Shown: in pieces, positions 23,962 through 35,000 of the stretch
Layout: the number at the start of each line of letters is the position of its first letter
How positions within the stretch are numbered: position 1 is the stretch's first letter
Source of the DNA: Paragordius varius
Taxonomy: Eukaryota > Animalia > Nematomorpha
Direction: 5' to 3'
Assembly: GCA_964247055.1 (NCBI GenBank)
Contig: OZ176056.1
Location: 6,138,001-6,202,000, forward strand
Length of the DNA: 64,000 nt
The notes under the pieces: model-generated
Seen by the model: the letters and a program-made list of their open reading frames with translations, nothing else
Databases searched by the model: none
What the model was told of the DNA's origin: nothing
Program-made: the position numbers and the translations under genes

Positions 23962-25867
23962 CAGGGTTGTGATTTTGACCCCCTTTTTTTGAAAAAGGGT
24001 CAGACCTAGGTCGGACCTAGGTCATACCATATGTTATTGTCAATAAATAACTACATACATAAATACTTGATTAAAGTACATAAAAACAGGTTTTTACATA
24101 AAGTATATATTTTTTTAAAAGTCTACTTTCACCAATACTGATAATTTAAATTTCTATAATGATCTTCTGGAATCATACATAAAAACTATAGAAAGTTTTA
24201 AATCACAGAAAGATAAGATTAACAATATGGAATTTATTGGAATCTGTTTATGCTCTAATTATTTTAAACTATGAATAAAATCCGCAAGTAACTATGCTAA
24301 GAGTTGGGCATGTAGAAATAAATTTTGCTAAATGTTTCTGGCTAATTTCTTGTACAGAAATTATGACTAAACTTAAGAAATTAAATGCTTAACTTGCTTT
24401 CGACCATCACCTTCTCTCCAATTTATTTCATAAACTTCTTTTAGATGTCTCTTCATACAGTTTTTATTTAAATATATAGTGTAATTACATATCATGTGAC
24501 TTGATTTTTTTTATCGATAAATTTCCACAAGGCTGATTTCATTATGAGGAATCATCAAGTCGTTGTTTGTCCAGCATGTGCTAGCTTCCAAATTCTTGAG
24601 CGAAATAGCTTTCGATCGAGACAACCGTCTTTGTTCAGTTGAGTTAAGTGTAAGTCATTGCTGAGTGTTTTTTCCCAATCATGGTATGGTCTGCCTCGTT
24701 TTAAATTGCCGTTCGGATGAAAAAATCTAATTTTGTTAATCCAACTATTTGAGCGTTCAATGTGACCCCAGTATCTGAGACGATTTGCTCTGAGAAAAGA
24801 AGACATAGGTGCGATATGAAACAGATTATGTATGCTTTTATTATTATTTGTTTTATCATTGTGATACTGATTGGTGAGGCATGAGTTGAGGATTTTTCTT
24901 TCTATGTCACATAATTTATTTTCATTAGTTTGGTTTAAGGGCCAACATTCGCTAGCATAGGTGAGGGCAGGGCGAATGGCAATCGTGTAAATTTTGCCCT
25001 TGTTTGGGTTTGAAATGTGTTTGTGTTTCATTATATACTTGAGTTGATGAAATTTGGCCCAAGCCTGATGTGTCCGTGTTGTTATGGCGTTTTTAATATT
25101 CATATCAGCTGCTATTGTGTCACCCAGGTAATTGTACTTGTTTACTATTTCGATGTTTGTAGATGGAAGGTAGGTGGTTTGTGTGGGATTATTTGGGTTT
25201 ATATCTGGTGTTGCACAAGCTTTACATATATAATTTTCAATTCCCAATAAACTTCCTTTAATTTGTGAGCACTTTTTATGGACCCACAGCTGGCATTTAG
25301 TGCATTTGATGGAATTAAGTTTCACTTCAGAGTGACAAATGGAGCAAGGGAATTTTAGTACAGGTACCGGTGAGCCTGTTATTAAAGCCTTTGTTTTATC
25401 TGTGTTAATTTTGAGGCCAAATTTTTCTAAAGTAGATTTCCAGAGGTTACATTTATTGATAATGTCTGTTTCGCTGGTGGCTGTTAGTATTATGTCGTCA
25501 GCGTACATCATCTTAAAAGGTAAACCTGTTTTTATATTATCAGTTATTACCTCTATAATGATGATAAATAGTAATGGGCTGAGGATGGAGCCCTGGTGTA
25601 GTCCGACAGTTCCTGGAAATTGATTGGTATCACCCACGGGAGTTCTCACGCAACTAGTGGTGTTCTCATATAGTAAATTTATTATTCTTATTATCCATTC
25701 CGGAAGTAAAGAAAAATTGTATATCATTTAAATCAAAATAATTCTATAAATAATATAAGGTTGTTTTCCTAAAAACTGTAAAATTAATAAAATAAAAAAA
25801 TTAAAATTGACAGGTCATTTTTTTCGTGGTCGTGACCCTGGGTCATTGACTAATGGGCACAACCCTA
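23962..25867 (-). mobile_element. hAT element copy 2, internally deleted, carrying an inserted RT-PHD ORF
   Basis: TIRs CAGGGTTGTG/CACAACCCTA. 8-bp TSD ATTAGATA/ATTACATA (7/8 match). Collinear with copy 1 apart from loss of the transposase core and gain of ~1150 bp. Confidence 0.9.
24555..25727 (-). CDS. 5'-truncated RTE-clade reverse transcriptase ORF with embedded PHD finger (390 aa, uninterrupted)
   Basis: GLHQGSILSPLLF, MMYADDIIL, YNYLGD, LTYASECW and RLRYWGHIER...KRGRP. A C4HC3 finger (CSIC...CTKC..WVHKKC...CKAC) lies between KTKAL and IEIVNKYNYLG. Confidence 0.88.
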   Translation of the reverse strand: MIYNFSLLPEWIIRIINLLYENTTSCVRTPVGDTNQFPGTVGLHQGSILSPLLFIIIIEVITDNIKTGLPFKMMYADDIILTATSETDIINKCNLWKSTLEKFGLKINTDKTKALITGSPVPVLKFPCSICHSEVKLNSIKCTKCQLWVHKKCSQIKGSLLGIENYICKACATPDINPNNPTQTTYLPSTNIEIVNKYNYLGDTIAADMNIKNAITTRTHQAWAKFHQLKYIMKHKHISNPNKGKIYTIAIRPALTYASECWPLNQTNENKLCDIERKILNSCLTNQYHNDKTNNNKSIHNLFHIAPMSSFLRANRLRYWGHIERSNSWINKIRFFHPNGNLKRGRPYHDWEKTLSNDLHLTQLNKDGCLDRKLFRSRIWKLAHAGQTTT

Positions 25868-26088
25868 ATTACATATGATTTGTCATAAACATATAAGAGA
25901 ATATATGTGTTAACCCAATAAAAAAGTTCTTTTTTTAACAATATTCGCCGAAATAATAAAAAACCAAAATATAAACTATTTTCACATCCTTTTCGCTCAT
26001 ACTGGCAAAAATTTATTTATTAACCTTATCAATTACAAATTATTAATCACTATATAATGTATCATTTAAACATATTTAACTAACGACA

Positions 26089-29000
26089 TCAATTGCCCCT
26101 GAAAGGACAACTCTCTATTTTTTTCTTGAAATTAATTTTGGGTGGAGTAAAAATGTCCCTTCCTTCCATATTGAAAAGATTGACTTGATAATTGGATGCA
26201 TTTGGTTCATTGTAGGTACAATTAATTTTTTCAACAAATATGGCATTATGAGTAAACAATCGAACTTCCCTGCGATTCCATACATACAGCTCCAACTTTG
26301 AATTTGTTTGAATCAATTTAAACTAAAAATGTTATAATGTAAAAAATATCATCATTTTTAGATAAATTAATATTCATTTTATCATTTTTGAATGTGAATA
26401 GTTATTATGAATCCATACGTGAACAGTAACTAACCTCTTATAGATATAACCAGTCATAATTTTTAAATAAAAGCTTATTACGTGATAAAATAATTAAATT
26501 TACAAAACCTCAAATTAAATTGTGTTAATTATAAAAATTTAGTGTAACATATATAATTAAATATTTTTGATTGCCTAGTATACAATAATGTGCTGTATTA
26601 GCCGTTATTTTTGCCTGGTTTAATACCTTAAAAAATTTATACAGACCATGCTTTAACACCAAACGACAAATATTTTTTGCCAGACTACCATACTTTTTTT
26701 AATTTTTGTTATATAAACTCTGATTATAAAATTTATAATTGATTGTGTCCCTACTAAATAACTATTTCATACTTTACAGACAATTATTATTAAAAAAATC
26801 CACTTTAAATAATTATAGCGATATCTTAAAAATATATTGATTTTTGAAATTTTTAATGCAATTCCTAACAAGCGTTCCTAATTTCGTCAGTGCCCAGGGT
26901 AAAATTGATTTTATAACAGTCGTAAAAATCTAGAATCTTGGTTGTAATTATTCGTGTATGTTACCAAACGAATAAAATATCTTTTATCCATTTTATCGAC
27001 TTGAGATCGATTTTCATTTGTGGAATCAATTCTAGTTCATAATTATACTCTTTTATTTGCAATTAATATATTATTCTAAAATGCATTTTTATTATTTGTT
27101 AATAATATATTCATACGTTTGCTAAATTAATTCTTGTATTTTCATTCACCTATGGAATCCTTAAATTTTAGCAATTTTAATTTCTTAATGCCGTCAAGAA
27201 CTTCAATCCGAAAATCTTTCGCTTACTTTTTCTCGGCTCTATTTTTCTTTTTCAGTCCGCAAATTAGCTTAAAAAAGTTTGTCATTAGTAGATATTTAAT
27301 ATAATTAACGATATGGAACAAACTTTACATTGATATCAATATTTTGAATAAATACATTTCAACACAATTAATTACTGGTGTAAATTTATGGATACCTAAA
27401 CTCTAATGCCCAATCGTATATAATCAATATATGCTGCAATCATAAATAATGCAAGCTTATTTATTAACAATGACAATATATTTTAAATTGAAACTATACG
27501 GACTAAACGTAAAAATATTAGGACAATTTTTTTTTCGAAAGACAATCATTTTCCCTAAAATATCCTATAAAAATAATTAGAAATACAATGGTAAAATACA
27601 TAATTGATTGTGTTACCAATTTACATATCTAGCTTAAACTTTTCAATTAAAAACAATCAGTTATAAAAAACAACAATTTAAAAAGTATGGTAATATCTTA
27701 AATTGTCCTTATAATTTTACGTTTTGTCCTAAAATTTTATTTTTAAATAAATTCATTTTACCTGTTGATCATTTTCCAAATCATAAGCAATGTTTGTTCC
27801 CGCGCCTGATCGAAGAACGATTTGACATTTTCCAGTATATAGGGGATATGTTATGTTTACAACAAACTGTTTTATTAAGTAAACAGAATCAATTTATCAT
27901 GACTTTAATAATTATTATGATTTTATATTAAGAGAGCAGATTTTAGAAATGTATATCAACAGTCTCTAAACTAGAACGTGGAAATGGTTTTTGATAAAAG
28001 TAACAGTTCTGATATGGTAAAAACTTATTGAGTTATATATTAAAAAATTGGCCAGTGTGGTATCGAAAATCAGATTTTCAATATAAAGCGTATATTTTGT
28101 GTTGCAGATCGCTGAATTTTATTAATCGAAAATGCGGCTCGTGAATTCATTGTGTGGGGGTAAGATAATCGTTTCTCTATGGTGGTATTTTTAAACATTT
28201 TTAAGTTAAGCTTACAGCTATTTTAATACTAAGTCCAATAAACAGATTAGTAATATAAACCTAAACCTTTGTATATAAATTTAATTAGTTTGATTAAGTG
28301 ATCGGCCTATTTGTTTAAGGGCTATCCAGAGAATGTCATGTTGAACGGTATCGAAGGCTTTAGAGAAATCCACGAAGCATAAGTCTAGCTCATTTTGGAG
28401 GAATAAAAGTGGGGGGTCACATTCTGGCGACCCTCCACAACGCAGACGACACGGTAATCTTAGCCAATTCACAAACAAGCCTTGAAAACAGTCTCCGAAC
28501 TTTTAAATATGTGTGAAAAAAATACAATCTAACATTAAACCTTAACAAAATCAAATCAACTTTCTTTATTCTATGACTCGCTTCGGATTAATATCGAAAC
28601 AATTCAAGTAGTTAACAAAAACACATACCTTGGAAGCATTATCAACAATTCAAGCTCAGTTCTTAAGAAATGCATAGCCATTGCCTAAGGCGCTCTAGCC
28701 TCACACTACAAGATATGGAAATCTCATGACATAAATCTGAAAACAAAAATCCGACTAATAAGCACATTAATTCCTATCATGTTATACGGATGTGAAAGCT
28801 GGACAATTTGAAGCGAAGCTAGAAAAGAATAAATGCTTTTGAAATGTTTTGCTGGATAAAAATACTTGGTCTAACATGGAAGGACAAAATAAAGAACATC
28901 GACATCGTAGACAAAATCAACGCACAAACACTGCTACGAGGAAAACTAATTAATCAAAATTCGATTACTTTGGACAGACATTTCGAGGACATTCTTAAAG

Positions 29001-32000
29001 GTTATTATGTTAGGGAAAGTAAATAACAATAGAGGAAAAGGACGAAGACGTATTCGTTGGATAGATGAAATCTTATCACTTACCAAAATGTCACAGCAAA
29101 AAAGCCTACGACAGAACCGAGTGGAGGAAGTTTTCTAATAAAATCGCAAATGGTTGATAACCGACTACAAGCTTAACAACAACATAATGTATAAAGTATA
29201 TTTTATATAAAATATTTAAAAGTATGTGTTAAATCCTAATAATATAAAATGTACAGAGGGCCTTTAAATCTTATAGTATATTCATTCGATGGTTCCTATG
29301 TATATTTTAATCATTCCTTTATATAAATTAACGAAAATCTACATATGTATCCTCAGAAATGATGAGGGGTTCTTGATTATTGGTGAAGATATCTATTCTA
29401 CTAGCCATTGCATCTGAAAAAAATGTATAAATATGCCCTCTATCGGTAGAAGTAAGGTTAATTCTTGAAGGGATAAGCCACCAAATAGTAGGTGCTCCTA
29501 TAACATAGGGATGTTCTTCTACCTGAATTAATTGATTTCTATAATGCAGTTACAGTAAAATTTTGAAAATATAATGACAAAACGTAAAAATAAAAAGACA
29601 AATATTTTTTTCATCAAAAGACAATCATACTTTTTTACATCTTAATTTTTGACATGTAAATTATTTAATTACAATTTTTTACCAAAATACATCTCTGCAT
29701 CATACTTTTCCCAATCCTAACCAATGATTTATTTATATTAAAAAAGAATCTAAAAGTATGGGTTGTTTTTTATAAAAAATTGTCTTTATATTTGAACGTT
29801 TTGTTCGTATAATTTCAATTTTTACTGTATAATGTTTTATGTTTATGACATATGGCCTATACATATAACTCCTTTGATTCATAGCACAATAAAGCTAATA
29901 TTATCTCTATAAGTTATTATCTCCTCGAAACTAGCTCCTAAAATTTATTAGTGCCCATCAACTAATGAGCTTGTATTAGTTGTCATGCACGTTCCAAATT
30001 CTTAAAGTAATTTTTTTTTATTTCGAGTTGTTGATGACTTCCCACATATTTTTTGCATATTTTTTAAAAATAGAGAAATTAAATTAATTTATGTGAATAT
30101 TTGTTATTTATATATAGATTGATTTATCCATAGTGGTTTTTTATAAACACTAAGAAATGTTTTAAAATAGGATTCCACGTGGTTATTAGCACTAGCTAAT
30201 ATTGCTTGTAATTTAATGTTATTGCGCCTCAATATTTGACAAGGTATCCTATTACCACATGATTTTTTTCCATCCTTAACTACTAAAAGTATGGATGATT
30301 CAAAAGGCACATTTCTTAAGATGTGGCCTAAGATATCCAATTCTTTTTATTAATGTACATGTTTGTATTCATTTTTTTTTAAAATTTCGGTGTGTTAGTC
30401 CTTATTGTTCCATTTGTTTTTTTAGAGTTTGAAGTTTATATCTAATTTATAAATGGACCAACTTTCAGAACAGTAGGTTGTAACTGGGAAAACTAACACT
30501 TCCGAGCACATTGTTGTAAGAGTTATGGAATGGTTTTTAAATTATTTTATGTGCTGGTGCTAGAGCAAGCATTATGCACTGTTTAATATCATAAAGAAAA
30601 TCTCCATCATTCGTTATCATTAATCATTATATCTCTGTGTTGCTATAGTTAGATTTAGATAGCAACCATAGGAATCTTGTATGAAATGGTTTGTCTGAGA
30701 TTATGTATAGTGAATATTTTAAAAAGCTAAGGGATATAGAATACAACCCCGTCTAACCCTTTTCTTTGTGCGGAACCATCCCAATATCTCCAAAAGAAAA
30801 TACAGGCATCTTCTGTAACAGTAAAGATTGTAAATGAAAATTCGAAATGGTAAGTAATATTTTAGAATTCATGCTTTGATAATTTATCATGAATAATGTT
30901 ATCAAATGCTACCGAATAATCAACATAACGAATAAACGACGGTTTTTATGTTTTTGCTATTTTTCTCTGATCCACTTAGAATACCAGCTTTTATGATTTA
31001 TCTATTTCGTGGTTAAGTTTATTGAAATTCGGAATTGAATTATTTCAACGTTTTTTTTGAAGACTAATTGTTTAGGACGATCCATATAAAGTTTAAAAGG
31101 ATCTTTAAACAACCCTTTTTAGTCTTGGGAAAAGGTATGATTATGCTCATAAAATTAAGGTTAAACGAAGGTGCCAATTTATCTATTTAATTATTTTCAA
31201 CTCTTGATGAATTGATGGCGAGAGTGATTTATGACAATCAACAATTTAATGCCCATTGCACTACCCCTGTACTAAATTTTGATTATTATTTAAGATTTAG
31301 ATGATTTTTTGCGTAGTTCATCCAATTATTCTTAATGAATTTTTTTGAGATGCTACATTGACTCTTGTTTTTCTTTTTGTTAATTTTGAAAGGATGTATG
31401 TATCCTCTTTTAGGGTATTAGCTAGATTTGTAGATTTCCTTAAATTTGTGTGCTTTTTTTAAATAATATTTTTTGTTAAGCAGATGCATCAGATATATGA
31501 GATAAATGGCTTTAAACAGTGGTTTTCACATTGTTTTGGCTTAGCCACTGTTTTCCAACATTTGTGGGTTCTTTAATGAGAGTTTTGAATCTTTTACTCT
31601 GGGATGCTGGATCAGAGTCCTACCCCACCTCCTAGTGGTGATCCGGCGGGCAACGTCAGCGTTTTAATGACGGCAAACGGAATTCAGGCAAGTCTAACAG
31701 AAGGGTCGGAAGGAGGAGACTAACTTCCGACAAACCGATACAATCGGCACTGACCTAGTTGGCCAAGTAGTTTATGCACGGGGCTGTGTAACCGAAGGAG
31801 GGTTTGAGTTCTCGGGGTCTGGCCAACCCATAACTCACAGTGCACATTGCCTATTCAATACAATCATGAGGGACAAAACTACTATTTATTCAAATACATT
31901 ACAAAACAGTTATCCTACAACAACGATCAGAGAAAAAAGGGTGGGACCAGGCTCTAGTAACAGAAGCACCCAATAAGTACCCTGGATGTCAACGGCCTGA

Positions 32001-35000
32001 GGTGTGAGCTCCGCGAGATTGAACTTTCAGTTGATGCGGAAAAGAAAGGCGTTGACATTCTCGCAGTACAGGAGTGCCATAGATGCAGGGGATTAGACAA
32101 GGATGTCCTGTCATACAGGCTCCTTTCTGGCTCAAGCGATAAGGCGGGCACACGTGGATGCGGGTTCCTTATCAAGAAAGATATCGCCGAGAATTGCCAA
32201 TTCGAGTACATTAGTCCAAGAATTGCTAAGTTGAAAGTAAATAAATATGATATAACGATCTTTTCGGTCTACGCCCCGGTCGAATCGGCAAAGGTTGTTG
32301 AAAAATCGGAATTTTACGATACTCTTGGTGCTCAACTGAGATAAATAAAATCACGATATAGGGTCCTTGGTGATTTCAACGCTCAAGTGGATCGATCAGG
32401 CGAAAGTAATGGCATCGGGAAAATAACGGTAATCTCCTCGTTAAGCTATGTAATCTACATAGTCTTAAGTATGTTGGAAGCTTTTTCCAGAAACCTTACT
32501 GGAAAAAGGGCACTTAAGTACACCCTAGTGGCAAAGGCTTTACCCATGATCGGATACTAGTTCACAGGGGAATTAGCTTCTGAGTTATGGAGTTGAAAGT
32601 CATCTTACGAGATTGGTTACAGATCACAGGTTGGTGTTGGGAAAATTTGTCAGTGAAAGGCAAAGAACTCGTCCAAAGAAGAACCTACCTTGACAGAGGA
32701 GGCCATAAAGACGAACTTCTAACCCTGGTCACCAACAAACGATTGAGAGACAACTTTGAACACAACGTAAAAGAGAGGTTACGTTCACACAGTGGGGGGA
32801 TTGATGTAACAGCGTTAAAGGATGCATTAAGCAAATGTATTCCTACGTTTCCGAAAAAGGGATTGAACGTGTGCCCGGGTCCAAACCAAAAAGAAATTCT
32901 TGACATTAACGCTAAACGAAAACTTCGTAAAGCAATCTGTAGTGGAAAAGCTACTCAAAGTTATAAGGCTTCACTCAAAGCCCTAAACAAATCTCTAAAA
33001 CAAAAGATTTACGCCCTTAAGTCAGAATGGTTAGAAAAGAAGGCCACGGAAGGGGAGCACTGTCTAGTGAACAACAATTCGAAAGGTATCTCTGTAATTC
33101 TTGATGAGGTGGTAAGCATTTGCAACAAGTGGCTGGGCACAGGTAGTGCAAGTAAGAAGAAAAGTTCGTGTGCTAATGTGGATGATATGGCAGCTTACTA
33201 TGAATCAGTGTATCGTAAAAGTGGTGGTGACATCTTTGGTGATTCATTGTTTGATAGCTGTGTGGAATGTAACGATAGTGTCCCCGGAAGAGATAAAATC
33301 GAACGGTCCTTGAGAAAAATTAAATTCGGAAAGAGTAGTGGTGAGGATGGTATAGCCCTGGAATTGTATCATGCGGGTGGTGAATCGGTCCTTGAATTCC
33401 TGATAGGCATATTCGAAAGGGTTTGGGAGACGGGCTGCATTCAGGAAGATTGGAAAGTCGCGGAAACATGTCCGATATATAAGGGCAAGGGTAAGACGAT
33501 TGATCCCAAATCATATCGTCCCATCTCCTTACTCAACATTGATGGGAAGATCTTCAGTGGCATTCTGAACGACGATTGCAGACGTTGTCCAAACAAGTGG
33601 TGGGTGATTACCAATGCGGGTTCAGGGAACGGAAATAAACTTGTGACCTATTATTCACGCTTCGAAGGTTGCAGGAAGAATCTCGATAAGTTAACACAGG
33701 TGCACTGTGTCTTCATTGACCTCGAGAAGGCGTTCGATAGCGTCCCTCATGGGCCATTAATGGACTGTCTGGGAAAAGCGGGCTGCGGTCCGAAGTTATT
33801 AAGGCTTATAGCCAATTTGACGTACGGCAATAAAGCGAGAGTAAAGTTGAAAGGCAATACCTCGCCTTGGTTCAAACTTGAACGGGGCGTTCGGCAAGGG
33901 TGTAGGCTCTCACCTGCCCTGATTAACATCTTTCTAGAGTCATGCCTTCGTGAAGCTGATCTTCAGCTGGAAGGTATCAGTATCACTCAAAAAAATCCAT
34001 CCCCTTGTAGTCAAAGCACTCCTTCAGTGAAGATACTAGCATTCGCAGATGATATCGTGCTAGTCAGTACAATCGATGCGAACTTTCCTTGGCATTGGAA
34101 CGTTTAAACACCACGTTTAAAAGTTATGGTATCCTTATTTCGATGAGGAAATCGAAAGTCTTGGAGTTGTCGGGCTCTATAGACAACCTACCCATAATGC
34201 TAGAAACGTCTGTAATTGAAGACGTAGAAAGCTTTACGTACCTCGGATCTGAGATCAGTCGGAAGGGAGGTGTCAGCGCGAAATCATAAGGAGAATCGCA
34301 AGAGCTAGGTTGTTGCGTAAAGTAAAACCTATCTTGGAAAGCAAGAAAATTGCTAACAAGATAAAACGGCAGCTGATAATGGGTTTCGTGGTTCAATCTC
34401 TATACGGCTGTGAAACGTGGAACACTACTAAGGCAGACGTGAGTAGGTTGGATAGTTTTCTCAATGACTGCATTAGAACCTATGTTGGTGTTTCACGATC
34501 AGATAAGGACGTTCCAAGTCTCCGGTCAGCGGTGAAGCTCCCTTAAGTGAATAAACTTTTGGGCAGTAGAAGGCTGCGCTGGTTCAGCATGCTATGCCTC
34601 GGCCAAACTTCTGAACTAGCAGCTCAGTTGTACGATGGGATGCTGGATAAAACGGTCGGAGCAAGCTGTAGACAAAGATTGGAGCACTGTGTCCAACGAG
34701 ATCTGGACTGGTTTGTGCTAAACAAAGGTAATAATGGGTTACTTCGTATACACGAAGTCGAATGTCGAAATCTTGACGATTTCAAACGGGCAGTTGTGCA
34801 GAGTGGGAAACTACCTGAGTTTGCGCATCCAGGAAAGAAATCGAACGACTTAGCTCCTGTCAATAAATTACCTGTACAAACAGTCGCCTCAGTATCCTGT
34901 TCAGTTGATGGTTGTACGGTTAAATTCTCAAACGAAAAGAATATGAAAAGACATGTTACGGTCTTTCATATGGCCAAGAAAAGGGGGGAGAGCAGCAATC

